DNA of 64,000 nt, taken from positions 95,480,001 through 95,544,000 of the forward strand of contig NC_043001.1 of NCBI RefSeq assembly GCF_006345805.1, written 5' to 3'. The position numbers and the translations under genes are program-made. The DNA is from Octopus sinensis. Its lineage: Eukaryota. Position 1 is the first letter of the stretch, and each line of letters starts with the position of its first letter. Of this stretch, positions 52,531 to 64,000 are shown piece after piece. The notes beneath the pieces were generated by a model. That model made no database searches. It saw only the letters and a program-made list of their open reading frames with translations, and was not told the DNA's origin.

Positions 52531-52703
52531 CGCTTTGCTACTCCCTTCAAATATACCTCCTTTTATTAGTCTTTTTCTTTGTGCCTCTCGCTTCAACTGA
52601 AGAAAGCAACAGTAACGTACACAACTATTTGGTGAGAGAGTGTTTGTGAGGGAGAGAGAGAGAGAAACAGACAGACAGAATATCAGCCAGTCATTTCGTC
52701 AGT

Positions 52704-52864
<161 letters not shown>

Positions 52865-53743
52865 CATTTGCCTTTTGCAATTTCCATATTCTCAAGTGTT
52901 TTATCATGTATTGTGGAAAAGAAAAAAAAATTCGACGATATGAGAACTGTTTCATTCTCTTTCACTCTATCCAATATGTTCCGTCACTCAATCTATCTGT
53001 CTAACGTTTTGACCCATCTCCTCCCTCTCTCACTCTATCTCTCTCTGTATATATATGTCTTTCGTCTCCCTCCCGTCTCCCTCTTCTATGTTTCTTTGCC
53101 TGTCACCCATCCTCCTGCGTTTAACGCGTTATCTCAACTGTTTCTCTTCTCCGACACCTCTCCCTCAACTGTTTCTCAACTCCCACACCTCTCCCTCCTC
53201 TATGCTTCCTTGCCTCTCGCACCTCGTATTGAAGTAATGTAAAGTAAAAGCAAGAGCCAATATTTGCTGTGGTTATTCGTCTTTCATATAACAATGTGTC
53301 GTGGTATCTAGTGTATCTAGTTTCCCTTCGATGTATATATGTGAAACGGACGACACCTTTATTTCAAGCACCACTCACTCTGTCACTGTTTCTCTTTATA
53401 TCTCAGTCCCTCTCTGTCCGTCATACAACTCGCTTTGCAACACACTTCAACTATCGTCTGCATACAGCTTTTATTTCCCTTTGTTATTGTACCGTTGCTT
53501 TCAACTATAGACAAGTAACGGTAGCACCCACAACTATTTGCTGAGAGAGGGAGAGCGAGATTGTATGTGTTGTTCCTCCTTTGTAAGCTCTCTGCAGGGC
53601 ACGTTATATTTCTCTCTTTTGACGTATACATTTCAAGTAAGTTTCATACACACCACAAGAGCATACTTAGAAAATAAAAATCAGCATATCAATATTTAGG
53701 ATATGCACGTATATGAATATATGTACACACGCACACACACTCA

Positions 53744-53783
<40 letters not shown>

Positions 53784-53924
53784 GATAGATATATATACTC
53801 ACATTCTCATTTTGAAATTGGTTAATTGGGTGTTCCATCAGAGAAAGATTTTCTCAAAATGGAGCTACATTTCAACGTGTTGGTTGACGTACGACAAATA
53901 TATTCATACATACATTCATACATT

Positions 53925-53966
<42 letters not shown>

Positions 53967-54045
53967 ATATATATATATATACATATATATTCATGTATAT
54001 ATATATTCATATATATATTTATATATATATATATATATAATATAT

Positions 54046-54101
<56 letters not shown>

Positions 54102-54156
54102 ATCCAAACAAGATAGCACAAAAAACACAACAACGCGAGGACGTGGAAAAAATATA

Positions 54157-54311
54157 TATTTCTTTACTACCCACAAGGGGCTAAACACAGAGGGGACAAA
54201 CAAGGATAGACAAAGGGATTAAGTCGGTTACATCGACCCCAGTGCGTAACTGGTACTTAATTTATCGACCACGAAAGGATGAAAAGCAAAGTCAACCTCG
54301 GCGGAATTTCA
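54157..54311 (-). mobile_element. 5'-truncated family-A SINE unit with 16-bp TSD
   Basis: acgtggaaaaaatata at 54141-54156 and 54312-54327. The insert runs from the B-box to the aaagaaata unit end. Confidence 0.9.
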
Positions 54312-54365
54312 ACGTGGAAAAAATATAGTATTATTGGACGCTCAGGAAAGAAGGCAAGAAGGATG

Positions 54366-54400
54366 GTTCAACGTTTCGAGCGGAGCTCTTCGTCGGAAAC
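54366..54400 (-). ncRNA. Minimal hammerhead candidate with U4C core
   Basis: Minus strand: GTTT | CCGACGA A | GAGC-TCC-GCTC | GAAA | CG | TT | GAAC, with a palindromic ACGT stem III. Confidence 0.55.
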
Positions 54401-55181
54401 ATAGGAGAAGGAAAGATCCAGAGAAGGGATGACAGAGGAAAAAAAATCGCGAACGGTCACGCGGTCACATATATATTTTTATATATAAAGAAAATAAAAT
54501 ATAAAATATATAAAATGAGTCAACAATATGAATGTATATATTATTACATATTGTGAAGAACTGGGTTCATGTAATGCAACCTAAAAATAAGAAGGATATC
54601 AAATTTAAATGAATTTGTAAAAATAAATATAAACGAAAAGTTTTAAAATGTTAAAAAAATCAAAAGTTTCAGAAGTGGTCGTAAATGTTGACACAATACA
54701 AAGCCACATGACATACAAGTTATACAAGTCGATATCTATATAAACTGTATGAATAGAAAAATCTATATCGTTTTAAATATCGTTTAAGATACTTTACTCG
54801 AAAAATCTAGGATGGAAAATAGTTAGTATCACTAAATTAGGAGATATGAACCTATAAACTCGTGTTATAAATAGAAAAGAAAAATGTCGAAATGCTGGAA
54901 AAAATGAACTATGAAATGTAAGTCGGTCAGTTCGATCGCAGTGGGAAATTCCAATTTTTTAATCTATATCTGTATATATCTCTACATCGACCAAATATTT
55001 CGGATCGCGCGTTCAAAGTTGAGTCTTAAATTAAAGATTTTCATAAGATTTATGCCTTTTCTGTAAATGAAACTTACACTTCCCCGTTCCGTTTATGTAT
55101 TGTCTCGATTTTTCAATTATACAATATCTTATATCATATGGAATGTTCTTCTCTTTTAATGCCCAAGTGTATCTCGCTAAG

Positions 55182-55228
<47 letters not shown>

Positions 55229-55559
55229 CGTGCCAGTGTATGTGCCTGTGTCAGTGTGTATGTATATATATAAAACTTACTTGGAGTGGATGCGTGGCAA
55301 AAAAATAAATAAATAAAATAGCACAATAATAAATAAAACATATGCATATATATACATACATATATGTACGTACCTACATCTATATGTATATATACATGCA
55401 TATATGGGTACAGGACACCAAACAAAAAACGTCGAACACAATGAGAAATGTGTGTGTGTGTGTGTATGGGTGTGTGTGTGTGTATGTGTGTGTGTGTTGA
55501 GAAAGGTATTTGTGAACATATTAGCTAATTTGATTAAACACATATAGACCTACTCTCAG

Positions 55560-56290
55560 GAAAGAGAAATGTATTTCAATAATTTTTTTTGAGCTGCTTC
55601 TCTAAAAGATTCTTCATTATATTTTTCCAAGAACCCACCTGCAGTTAAGATGACTACTTCAATTCAAAGCCTAAATTATTAGGTTACATGCTCTTTGGTG
55701 AGAAATTGCTATGTCTTTGATAAATATGTGTTTCATCCATATAACGTTTCACAGCTTTCTTTGGCTCCTCAAAATAAACAGTGACGTTAAATTCCATAAC
55801 TTGTTGAAAGATGGTAGATGGTATGACATGGCCTTCATTGATTACGATTCCTAAAATTGAGACATTAGGAAGGACGACATAAACATCTGTATAATTTGAT
55901 GTTACACTTCGGATGTATGTCGATTTTTCTTTTAAAAAAAACCTCCTCTGTTTGTTAAGTCTCTTAACCTTGATAACTAACCAAACCAGTTATCACAGAA
56001 CAAATGGTATTGATGTGTCTTTGCAAACATGAGATATCCTCTCGTTATTATACTTGACTTGTATTAAATATCCTCCTGCACAATCATTGTGACCATCCAC
56101 ACCAACTTCCAGAGTATTTTGGCGATTGGTTGCATTGAGTTTTCGTGGAACATTATTCATAGGTTTGAGAGCCTAGCGAAGAAATTGCCGTCTCCTAATA
56201 GTTTCCTGACTTTTGGAATGCATTTCCCTCTTTACTAAGAAATATCACCAGCGTCTTCCCATCCTTTCCGAACATTGAGTACAAAATATA
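55560..56290 (-). mobile_element. maT/DD37D-type Tc1/mariner transposase remnant
   Basis: VQEDI*YKSSIITRGYLMFAKT, RFFLKEK and SILGIVINEGHVIP..F parallel the HEDIRYKSYVM.RGQFMS, WFFSDEK and VMVLGVVSNEGHVMPPHFF motifs. Confidence 0.65.
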
Positions 56291-56370
56291 TTGCAGCATT
56301 TAACAAGTTGGCAATTTCGAAATTGCTGAGTTTGCATACATTTCAGGAATGCTTCATTGTTTTACACAAC

Positions 56371-56413
56371 CTATGTTGCACATATTCATGCACTTATAGA
56401 ATGTTCTTTGTAT

Positions 56414-56497
<84 letters not shown>

Positions 56498-56699
56498 ACA
56501 CTATACAAATATTGTTTGAAAAAAACTTTTCTTTTAATTTTACTAAATTAGCATTTTATTTATCATTGGAGACCTGACAGATATCAAGACAAAAATATGA
56601 ATTGATTAGAAGAGAGTAATAAACTGATAATTATTTAAGCGCTCTCAAAAATCTTCCTATGTTGTACATATTCATGCACTTATAGAATTTTCTTTGTAT

Positions 56700-56736
<37 letters not shown>

Positions 56737-56788
56737 ACACTATACAAATATTGTTTTAAAAAAACTTTTCTTTTAATTTTACTAAATT
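56371..56788 (+). repeat. Direct duplication (56371-56549 and 56656-56788) spanning a (CA)n(TA)n tract
   Basis: Near-identical flanks on both sides of the microsatellite, whose length differs between the copies. Confidence 0.85.
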
Positions 56789-56802
56789 TAATTATTTAAT
56801 AG

Positions 56803-56845
56803 TTACAGTTGAAAAGGTCTCAAATGACCGAAACCGGTACTAAAA
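56803..56845 (+). ncRNA. Minimal hammerhead candidate with U3:A8 core
   Basis: TTACAG | TTGAAAA | GGTC-TCAAAT-GACC | GAAA | CCGG | TA | CTAAAA. Stem I has two mismatches in this copy. Confidence 0.5.
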
Positions 56846-56971
56846 TGTTATTTATAAAATTATTTTAGCATCTTCTATCTTGACTTGTTTTTCCATATAT
56901 ATATATATTCATACGTACATGCAAAATGCACAGTGAAGACATTCCAAATGTCCTCTATCTATGTCCTCTAT

Positions 56972-57372
56972 AGGCGCAGGAGTGGCTGGGTGGTAAGTAG
57001 CTTGCTAACCAACCACATGGTTCCGGGTTCAGTCCCACTGCATGGCATCTTGGGCAAGTGTCTTCTGCTATAGCCCCGGACCGACCAATGCCTTGTGAGT
57101 GGATTTGGTAGACGGAAACTGAAAGAAGCCTGTCGTATATATGTATATATATGTATATGTATGTGTGCGTTTGTCCCCCTAGCATTGCTTAACAACCGAT
57201 GCTGGTGTGTTTACGTCCCCGTCACTTAGCGGTTCGGCAAAAGAGACTGATAGAATAAGTACCGGGCTTACAAAGAATAAGTCCCGCGGTCGATTTGCTC
57301 GACTAAAGGCGTTGTTCCAGCATGGCCGCAGTCAAATGACTGAAACAAGTAAAAGAGTAAAGAGTAAGAGTA
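56972..57372 (+). mobile_element. Full-length family-B tRNA-derived SINE
   Basis: aggcgcaggagtggctgggtgg (A-box), gggttcagtccc (B-box), cttgggcaagtgtctt core, an internal TA-rich tract and an (aagagt)n tail. Confidence 0.92.
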
Positions 57373-57549
57373 TCTCAGATTCTTACGTGAATAAGATGAC
57401 ACGAGTTTGGGTGTATGCTTAGACATATCAACCACTGGGGAGTATTGTCCTTTTGTTGGCGACCGGCTTGAACTCTCTCAAGAAGAAGTGCAATTGAACT
57501 AAAAACATCCTACATACATATATTTTACCAGGTTATTTTAAATATTTTT

Positions 57550-58260
57550 TGACCTGCTTTATTTCGCTTTCGTATCTGGTTTGCACGATTCATCATATGA
57601 ATACGTTTGTTGAAAAGAAATTTGTATCTAGGAAACGTCATTATGCCGATACATACATACTTACATACACACAATTGCTACATTTGGTTTTATTAAGAAA
57701 ATGTCTTATTTTCAGTCTGGGTGATCTTGGACGTTCAGAAAAAGAAATCAAGCTTCTAACTCAGACATGACATATACAATCTATAAACGGAAGAGAAAAA
57801 CTATGCAAGACTTTTCTAAAGTTTGAAATTCAACATTGTCTTCGCTATCTGTATTCCAACGACGAGGTATCGTGCTTTTGTGAGAGACCTGTTCCTTCTT
57901 CAAAGTAAGAATTTAAATGATTAAAACGAAAAAAAAAAGAACTTAGATACATGCATGCATATTTAGGTATATACATGCATATGTGCTTATATACGTGCAT
58001 GATTGCATACATACATATTACCACAAATACAATACGTCTAAATGGGTCACGTATATAGTGAGAGTTATGTACTTCTTGCCTGTTACACGTTATGGTACAC
58101 AGTCGTTAACAGAAACATTTTACCAGATAATTTTAAATATTTCTTTACCTGCTTTATTTAGTTTTCGTGTCTGGTTTGCAAGATTCTTCATGTGAATCCG
58201 TTCGTTGTAACAATGTTTCTTTTGTATCTAGGCATATCATTATGCCAATATACGTAACGC
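57550..58260 (+). repeat. Two copies (57550-57660, 58145-58260) of a dispersed AT-rich repeat; a related copy lies at 63035-63135
   Basis: Shared ctgctttattt...tctggtttgca.gattc.tca..tga block. Confidence 0.6.
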
Positions 58261-61071
58261 ACACACTGGTTCGATTCCAATCCGTTATTACTAGTCAATT
58301 GTTTAAATGCCCGATTGTTCTGCTTTCGCTTCTCAAAGCTCTTTCGATGCTGATTTCACTCTTTTCAATGACTATTTAATGAGTGGAATTGAAACAGTGG
58401 CTGTGTTAATTATATTCGCATAATGACACTCTCTAGACACAATAAAACTTTACTCGATTATCATATATATTGGGACATTTTCTTTTAAATACAATTCACG
58501 TGTAACTCTAACAAAATATTAAAGATGAGAATTATATGTAGAATCTTTATCTTTTTGAATACTGTTTTGAGAATCAATAACTATTATTATACAACAATAT
58601 GACGAAATCGAGCTTTGTCATAGACTCGGCAAATGTGATAATGATACGTTGGAATCTATAGGAATATTATGGTGTTAACTATTGATGACGCAAATGCATT
58701 TAAAAAACTCGATTTGATCAGCAAGATATACGAGATATACTGCCACGAAAGTTTAATATAGGCTTCGTTCATATCAAAATAATTCTATTGTGTTGCGTGC
58801 AATAGAATTCATGCAATTAACTGCAGGTGTATGATCAATGTAATAGATGATATGTAGGAGACAGCTATGAGAAATACAGGATACAAGCATTCGAATTAGA
58901 AGTGTCATATTTTGCTTGCTTTACTAATTATTGTCTCTTGACTGAAAACCTTCGTACTCAGAAATCTTTTATCATCTTCCAATCCATTAAAAGCGTTTAT
59001 CTAAGCAAATGCTGAATGGATAGATCAACATGTCAACATATTTTGTGTGAGGCAATACCATCGCAATTAATTGTAATTTTTAAAATATTTGTAAACTAAA
59101 TATAGTTAAATCATTATTATTGATTGTTTAATAATTCCCATCACTAATATTTACACGAAATATTAATTATATATATATAAAATCATATTTCAGTTCCGTC
59201 TTTCACCAATTGAAGTTTTCATCACACAAATTTACACGACTAACTTTCACATACCATCTGAAAATTAGTAGCTTTTCAAACCATTTTCAATCCTGTTTTA
59301 TTCAGTTATGTAATCATTTAAGTGAATATACGTTCATGGTTCTCTACTATATTGTATCATCGAAAGACAAAATTGTTGAAATCGGAATCTGATAAGCATT
59401 TTTCGATGAAACACAATCTGCCAAAAATTCATAGAGAATCGATAGTATTGTATGCTCCAACATCTATATGATATTCATATGCATATATAATGTTACATAT
59501 ATTTTGCACATACGTGCATACTATGTAGAGTAACGGATTTCACAAATTTACTTTAGAATTTCACTTCCCTCTATCACGTTTGCTGAAATGCAAATATTTC
59601 AACAATAGCAAACCAAAAACGGTAGCTATTTCCTTCATATTCAACATTATATATAATGATTTTGCACATAGTTTTTAAACTCTAATTTGAACTATTGCAA
59701 TTTTATAAGCATTATCCTATTGTAATTTTATAAGCATTATCCTCTTGCCTGCCAAAATATGATTGCACGTATTATTGTATTCCGTGTAAAAATTCTGTTA
59801 AATTATCCATTATAGAAATATGCAAAAATTCACATTCACATATTACAGAGTGCTGGGGTGGTGTGATTAGGATTTCAAAGATTCTTCAACTATTATATTT
59901 TTTTCAACTATTTTATTTTCTGTCTTAAATATGAATATCAATGGATCATTAAATGCATAATGATACCAGAATATACGCTGAGTTTTCTCATTTTCATTTA
60001 AGCAATATTTCATCTCATTCTTTGAATCCAAGAACGCCAAAGGCTATATTGTGAGGAAACATTGTCTATTTCTGTAGTTGAATTGGTTATAAGGTATTAT
60101 ATCAAATCCTTTAAAATGTTCGTGGGATTTGAAGATTAGTTAATGGAAAAGTTGGAAAAATCGGATTTACGGGAAAATGTACGGAAAATAGTTTGAAGAG
60201 CTTCTAATTTCCAGGTGGTGTGTGGAGGTGGATCTTGCAAAATTGTATGCATACGGAAACCGCACATCTACTAGCATCATAAAAACAAAGGCCAGTAAAA
60301 TGAAAGATTTGATTCAAGAAATTAATTTACTACCTTTCTAACTGAAAGAATCACCGAAGTATATACAAGGATTTTCAAAGGGCTTATTAAACCTTATATT
60401 CAAATTTAAGGTATTTGAATTATCTTCCCCATGCGGATTGCTTGGTCATGTGCGTTTACTTGTCAAGTAGGACAATGTCGAAGTGGTCATTATCTTTCTT
60501 GTGTTTGCATACAAATCTTGAAGGAAATTTACTTAATTATTGCATGTATCTTCATAGAATAATTTAAGATATAAATCGTACATTTTTTGCTTCTTCCTCC
60601 TTCATAAACATTCTGGCATGGACAATCACAAGCGTTCATATATGTTACATAAGAAAATGTCCACTGACCCAAATGGTTTGTCCATGGATAATTGTTATAA
60701 ATCAAATCTACAGGCAATTCACTTACTAAGATTTGTGAATTGACTAAAAGTTAAAATATAGAACATTTCTGTGATGCTGGTTCCCCGCTCATCCAAAGTT
60801 AACTTGTCCTTTGTTATTTGTTTACTCACAAAATGAGACACCAGTTCTGGTTGACTGATGAGTAGATACGTTAAAGCCTCCCACTGATAGGCTTTGTCAT
60901 TTTGTTTCAGCTTATTACACAGGGAAGCATAATATCATAACAAGAATAAAGGAATATCGGATTCTCACAAATGTTGGAAAAGAATATCAGAGACTTGATG
61001 AAGTTAAGGAGGTGGCGCATAATTTTGCATTCGAATTAAAGGAAGATATAAGGGACCGATGATATGTTTGT

Positions 61072-61482
61072 TATTTCTTTATTGCCCACAAGGAGCTAAA
61101 CATAGAGGGGAAAAACAAGGACGGACAAAATGATTAAGTCGGTTATATCGACCCCAGTGCGTAACTAGTACTTAATTTATCGACCCCGAAAGGATGAAAG
61201 GCAAAGTCGACCTCGGCGGAATTTGAACTCAGAACGTAACGGCATGCGAAATACCCATTTCTTTACTACCCATAAGGGGCTAAACACAGAGAGGACAAAC
61301 AAGCACAGACAAACGTATTAAGTCCATTATATCGACCCCAGTGCGTAACTTAATGTATCAACCCCGAAAGGATGAAAGGCAAAGTCGACCTCGGCGGAAT
61401 TTGAGCTCAGAACGTAACAGCAGGCGAAATACGGCTACGCATTTCGCCCGGCGTGCTAACGTTTCTACCAGCTCGCCGCCTT
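61072..61482 (-). mobile_element. Family-A SINE, one head plus two tandem units
   Basis: Two copies of ggcaaagtcgacctcggcggaatttga.ctcagaacgtaac and a single head ending in ctcgccgcctt. Confidence 0.92.
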
Positions 61483-64000
61483 AAAAATGAAATATTTGTA
61501 TAGTACATAGCCTTTCAGAGTACAATATGTTGTATTTCTCTTCAAATTTGTGATTGAGTTCTTAATCTTTTATGCAAGTTAATGTGCTAAATATATTAAA
61601 CCAGATCATTGTAGATGTAATGATTTAGCACCTTTCTAATTACTAGATGTTGCCACACTATTGACAAACTATATCCTATTATTGTAATATAGATATCGTC
61701 AGTAATTTGTTTACAGTTTTCAAATTTCCATTACAACTGTTCTGTTGTCTCTCAATTTTCAATCAAATGCCTCTTTAGATACGTCAGACAATTTAGAGAA
61801 CGGCGTGTGTTGCAACCAATGCTTCATTGATTGCAACACTTAATGTCATTCATGAAGCTGCACTGCATAGCAAAGCAAGGATTTCTATATGACAAAACCA
61901 TACTAATTTCACTTTTGAATTTTTAAACTTATTTCTGTCAGCAAATATTTCAGAAAATATATATTTTTACTAGAATTATTTATGTGCTACTATTAAACAC
62001 CAAACTGTATGATAAACGTCAGCTGTTTGACTTGCAGAGTTAAGTATTTGCTTTGTCTCTATTTTCACTTCTGTATATAACCAGAATATATTTGTTTAGG
62101 TAATCAGACATATTTTAATAAATTAGTGTAAATATTTATGGTAATTTAGTTCAGGAAATTGATCAAAGAATAATTTAAATTTTCACTTGACATGTTTTTA
62201 CCGAATATTATGAATAATCTGCCAAAACAACGCCTGAATTTACATGCTTATCCTATTTAATACGCTTCTGATTGTCCATGCAAGATGTTTATGAAGGAGA
62301 AGGAATGAAAATTATGTCGGGTTATGTTATTTAAAAATGTATACATTCTTACTGTAGCATAGCAGGTATATAATATGCAATGGGTCTCTTACATATCACC
62401 ACGAATTCACAATCATATATGCACATATCCAGGGTAAAATACCTTGTTAATTAAACCTATATGAGTAGACAATTTGTTACAGTCAAGATTAACTCCATTT
62501 TGTTACTAAATAAGTTAAAAACTTTGCAATCGCCTCATCACTTTGAAGAAATTAACCCATTCATTGTTAGAGGGCTCACTACAGTTTCTAAACAGTTATA
62601 TAAACCATTCTAACGTATATATGTATTGTTGTTATTAAAATATAAAATTCAGTCCTCAATTATACGTCGTTCGAGGTATTTATTTCCCTTTTTTCTCAAA
62701 CTGGAATGTTCTTCTGTTATATAAAATATACAGAAGCAAAAAGTAATTGGAACAAGAAATACAAACCCATGGGATGTTGTAAGAAACATGAGTAGGCACA
62801 GTTACGCCTACACTGACAAACATCCCCACATATACATACATAAATATTCAGACATCATTCACATATTATTGTTTTATTATTAAACTGAAATATATATTAA
62901 ATGGAATTCCGATGAGCATTCTTTCAAATAGTCAGCTTGTAAGGCATTTAAACATGATGTTAATTAAAATCGATACCGAAATTAAGACGTTACTAACAAG
63001 TGTAGATATTGTTATAAGTATACATTGATAATTTTTATTTCGTTTTTAGATTTGGTTTGCAAGATTCTTTATGTGAGTTCGTGTGTTAAAGCATATTCTA
63101 TTGTGTCTGGGGAGAGTCATTGTCGTTGTGTCTTGCAACCTTTTCATTAGTCTTGAACATTTTAGGAAAATAGAAATAAGACATAAGTGGAAATTTAACT
63201 GGCGAGTGTGTTAAATTATAAGGCACAAAAAGAAAATGGCTCTCCCCAGACACAACAGACTAAGAATTTTTGTTTTCCTGGATTTTGACAACGGGCAGGT
63301 ATCATGCAGGTAAATGACAACGGATTAACGTTTTGATAGGAAGATTTATATAAACTTTGCAAAGAAAATTATTTAATCCGTGGAAACGATCAACGTACTT
63401 ACTTCTAAGAAGCATTCCAGTCAGAATAAAATGATAAAAGAGAATGTCTGCATATATTGATGCATGTATGTGCATATACATGCGTATATAGATGCATTAT
63501 AAAATGCTTATTGGTTAGTAAATAGTAAGAAAAGGACTAATGCACGACATCTTATAATCTATATCTTGTTTGTTGTTGTTTAGAACTAGGGTCTTGGCAG
63601 TCGTAAATTCATTGAAGTAGTTAACAAAACCAATGTTTTATGATAGTCTGAACTTGCTATATATTTATCACTGAACATTGCTTCCGGTGCCATGAGGTGA
63701 ATGATTGTTACGTAGATATTTGTAGAAAACAACGAGATCAACGCTCGTATAGCTTTGGCGTAGACAGTTAGCCACACTAATATATTTGATTTCATAATCA
63801 TAGAGTCAACACATCAATGGAGAATCTTAGCGAATTTAATACATACATTCTTATACATCCAAAAATGTTCAGAAGTCTTTGCAGATATATTATTGCTGAT
63901 AACGTCTTTTGCTAATTCATCTTGGGATCACGTAATTCTATTAACTTTATGTGTGAGTTACATCTAACAAAATAAATTATATCTTGTCAGTTGAAGGAAG

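Larger units (their letters stand above)
54098..54470 (-). mobile_element. Short Penelope-like terminal element carrying a hammerhead motif, interrupted by a SINE
   Basis: Abuts a (TA)n tract and contains the motif at 54366-54400. It is split by the TSD-flanked insertion at 54157-54311. Confidence 0.55.

Noticed and set aside
55950-56100. piggyBac-like YHLFCDNWF phrase
   Set aside because: Flanking frames match maT/DD37D transposase motifs over a much longer span.

Overview
AT-rich, microsatellite-dense eukaryotic genomic DNA. No intact protein-coding gene, rRNA, tRNA or CRISPR array can be supported. From memory the SINE families look like those of Octopus or other cephalopod assemblies; this is an inference, not a database result. 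The window is mostly transposable-element debris: four lineages of Tc1/mariner transposons (a near-complete DD34D, an internally deleted DD34D, a DD41D-type and a maT/DD37D-type remnant), a MITE, two Helitron helicase fragments, several R4/Dong-like LINE 3' ends piled into (AAT)n tracts, two RTE 3' ends, Penelope-like remnants, three tRNA-derived SINE families, and many micro- and minisatellites. The most interesting signal is a set of short, unrelated repeats beside (TA)n tracts, each folding into a minimal type I hammerhead-ribozyme architecture: stem I, a 7-nt core, stem II, GAAA, a palindromic stem III and UH. Their cores differ. Two are canonical C3:G8 (4822, 29271), one is U3:A8 (56803), one is a G3:C8 swap (17846), and two families carry U4C (19782, 54366). 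The covariation at the 3-8 tertiary pair suggests these motifs were selected for function.
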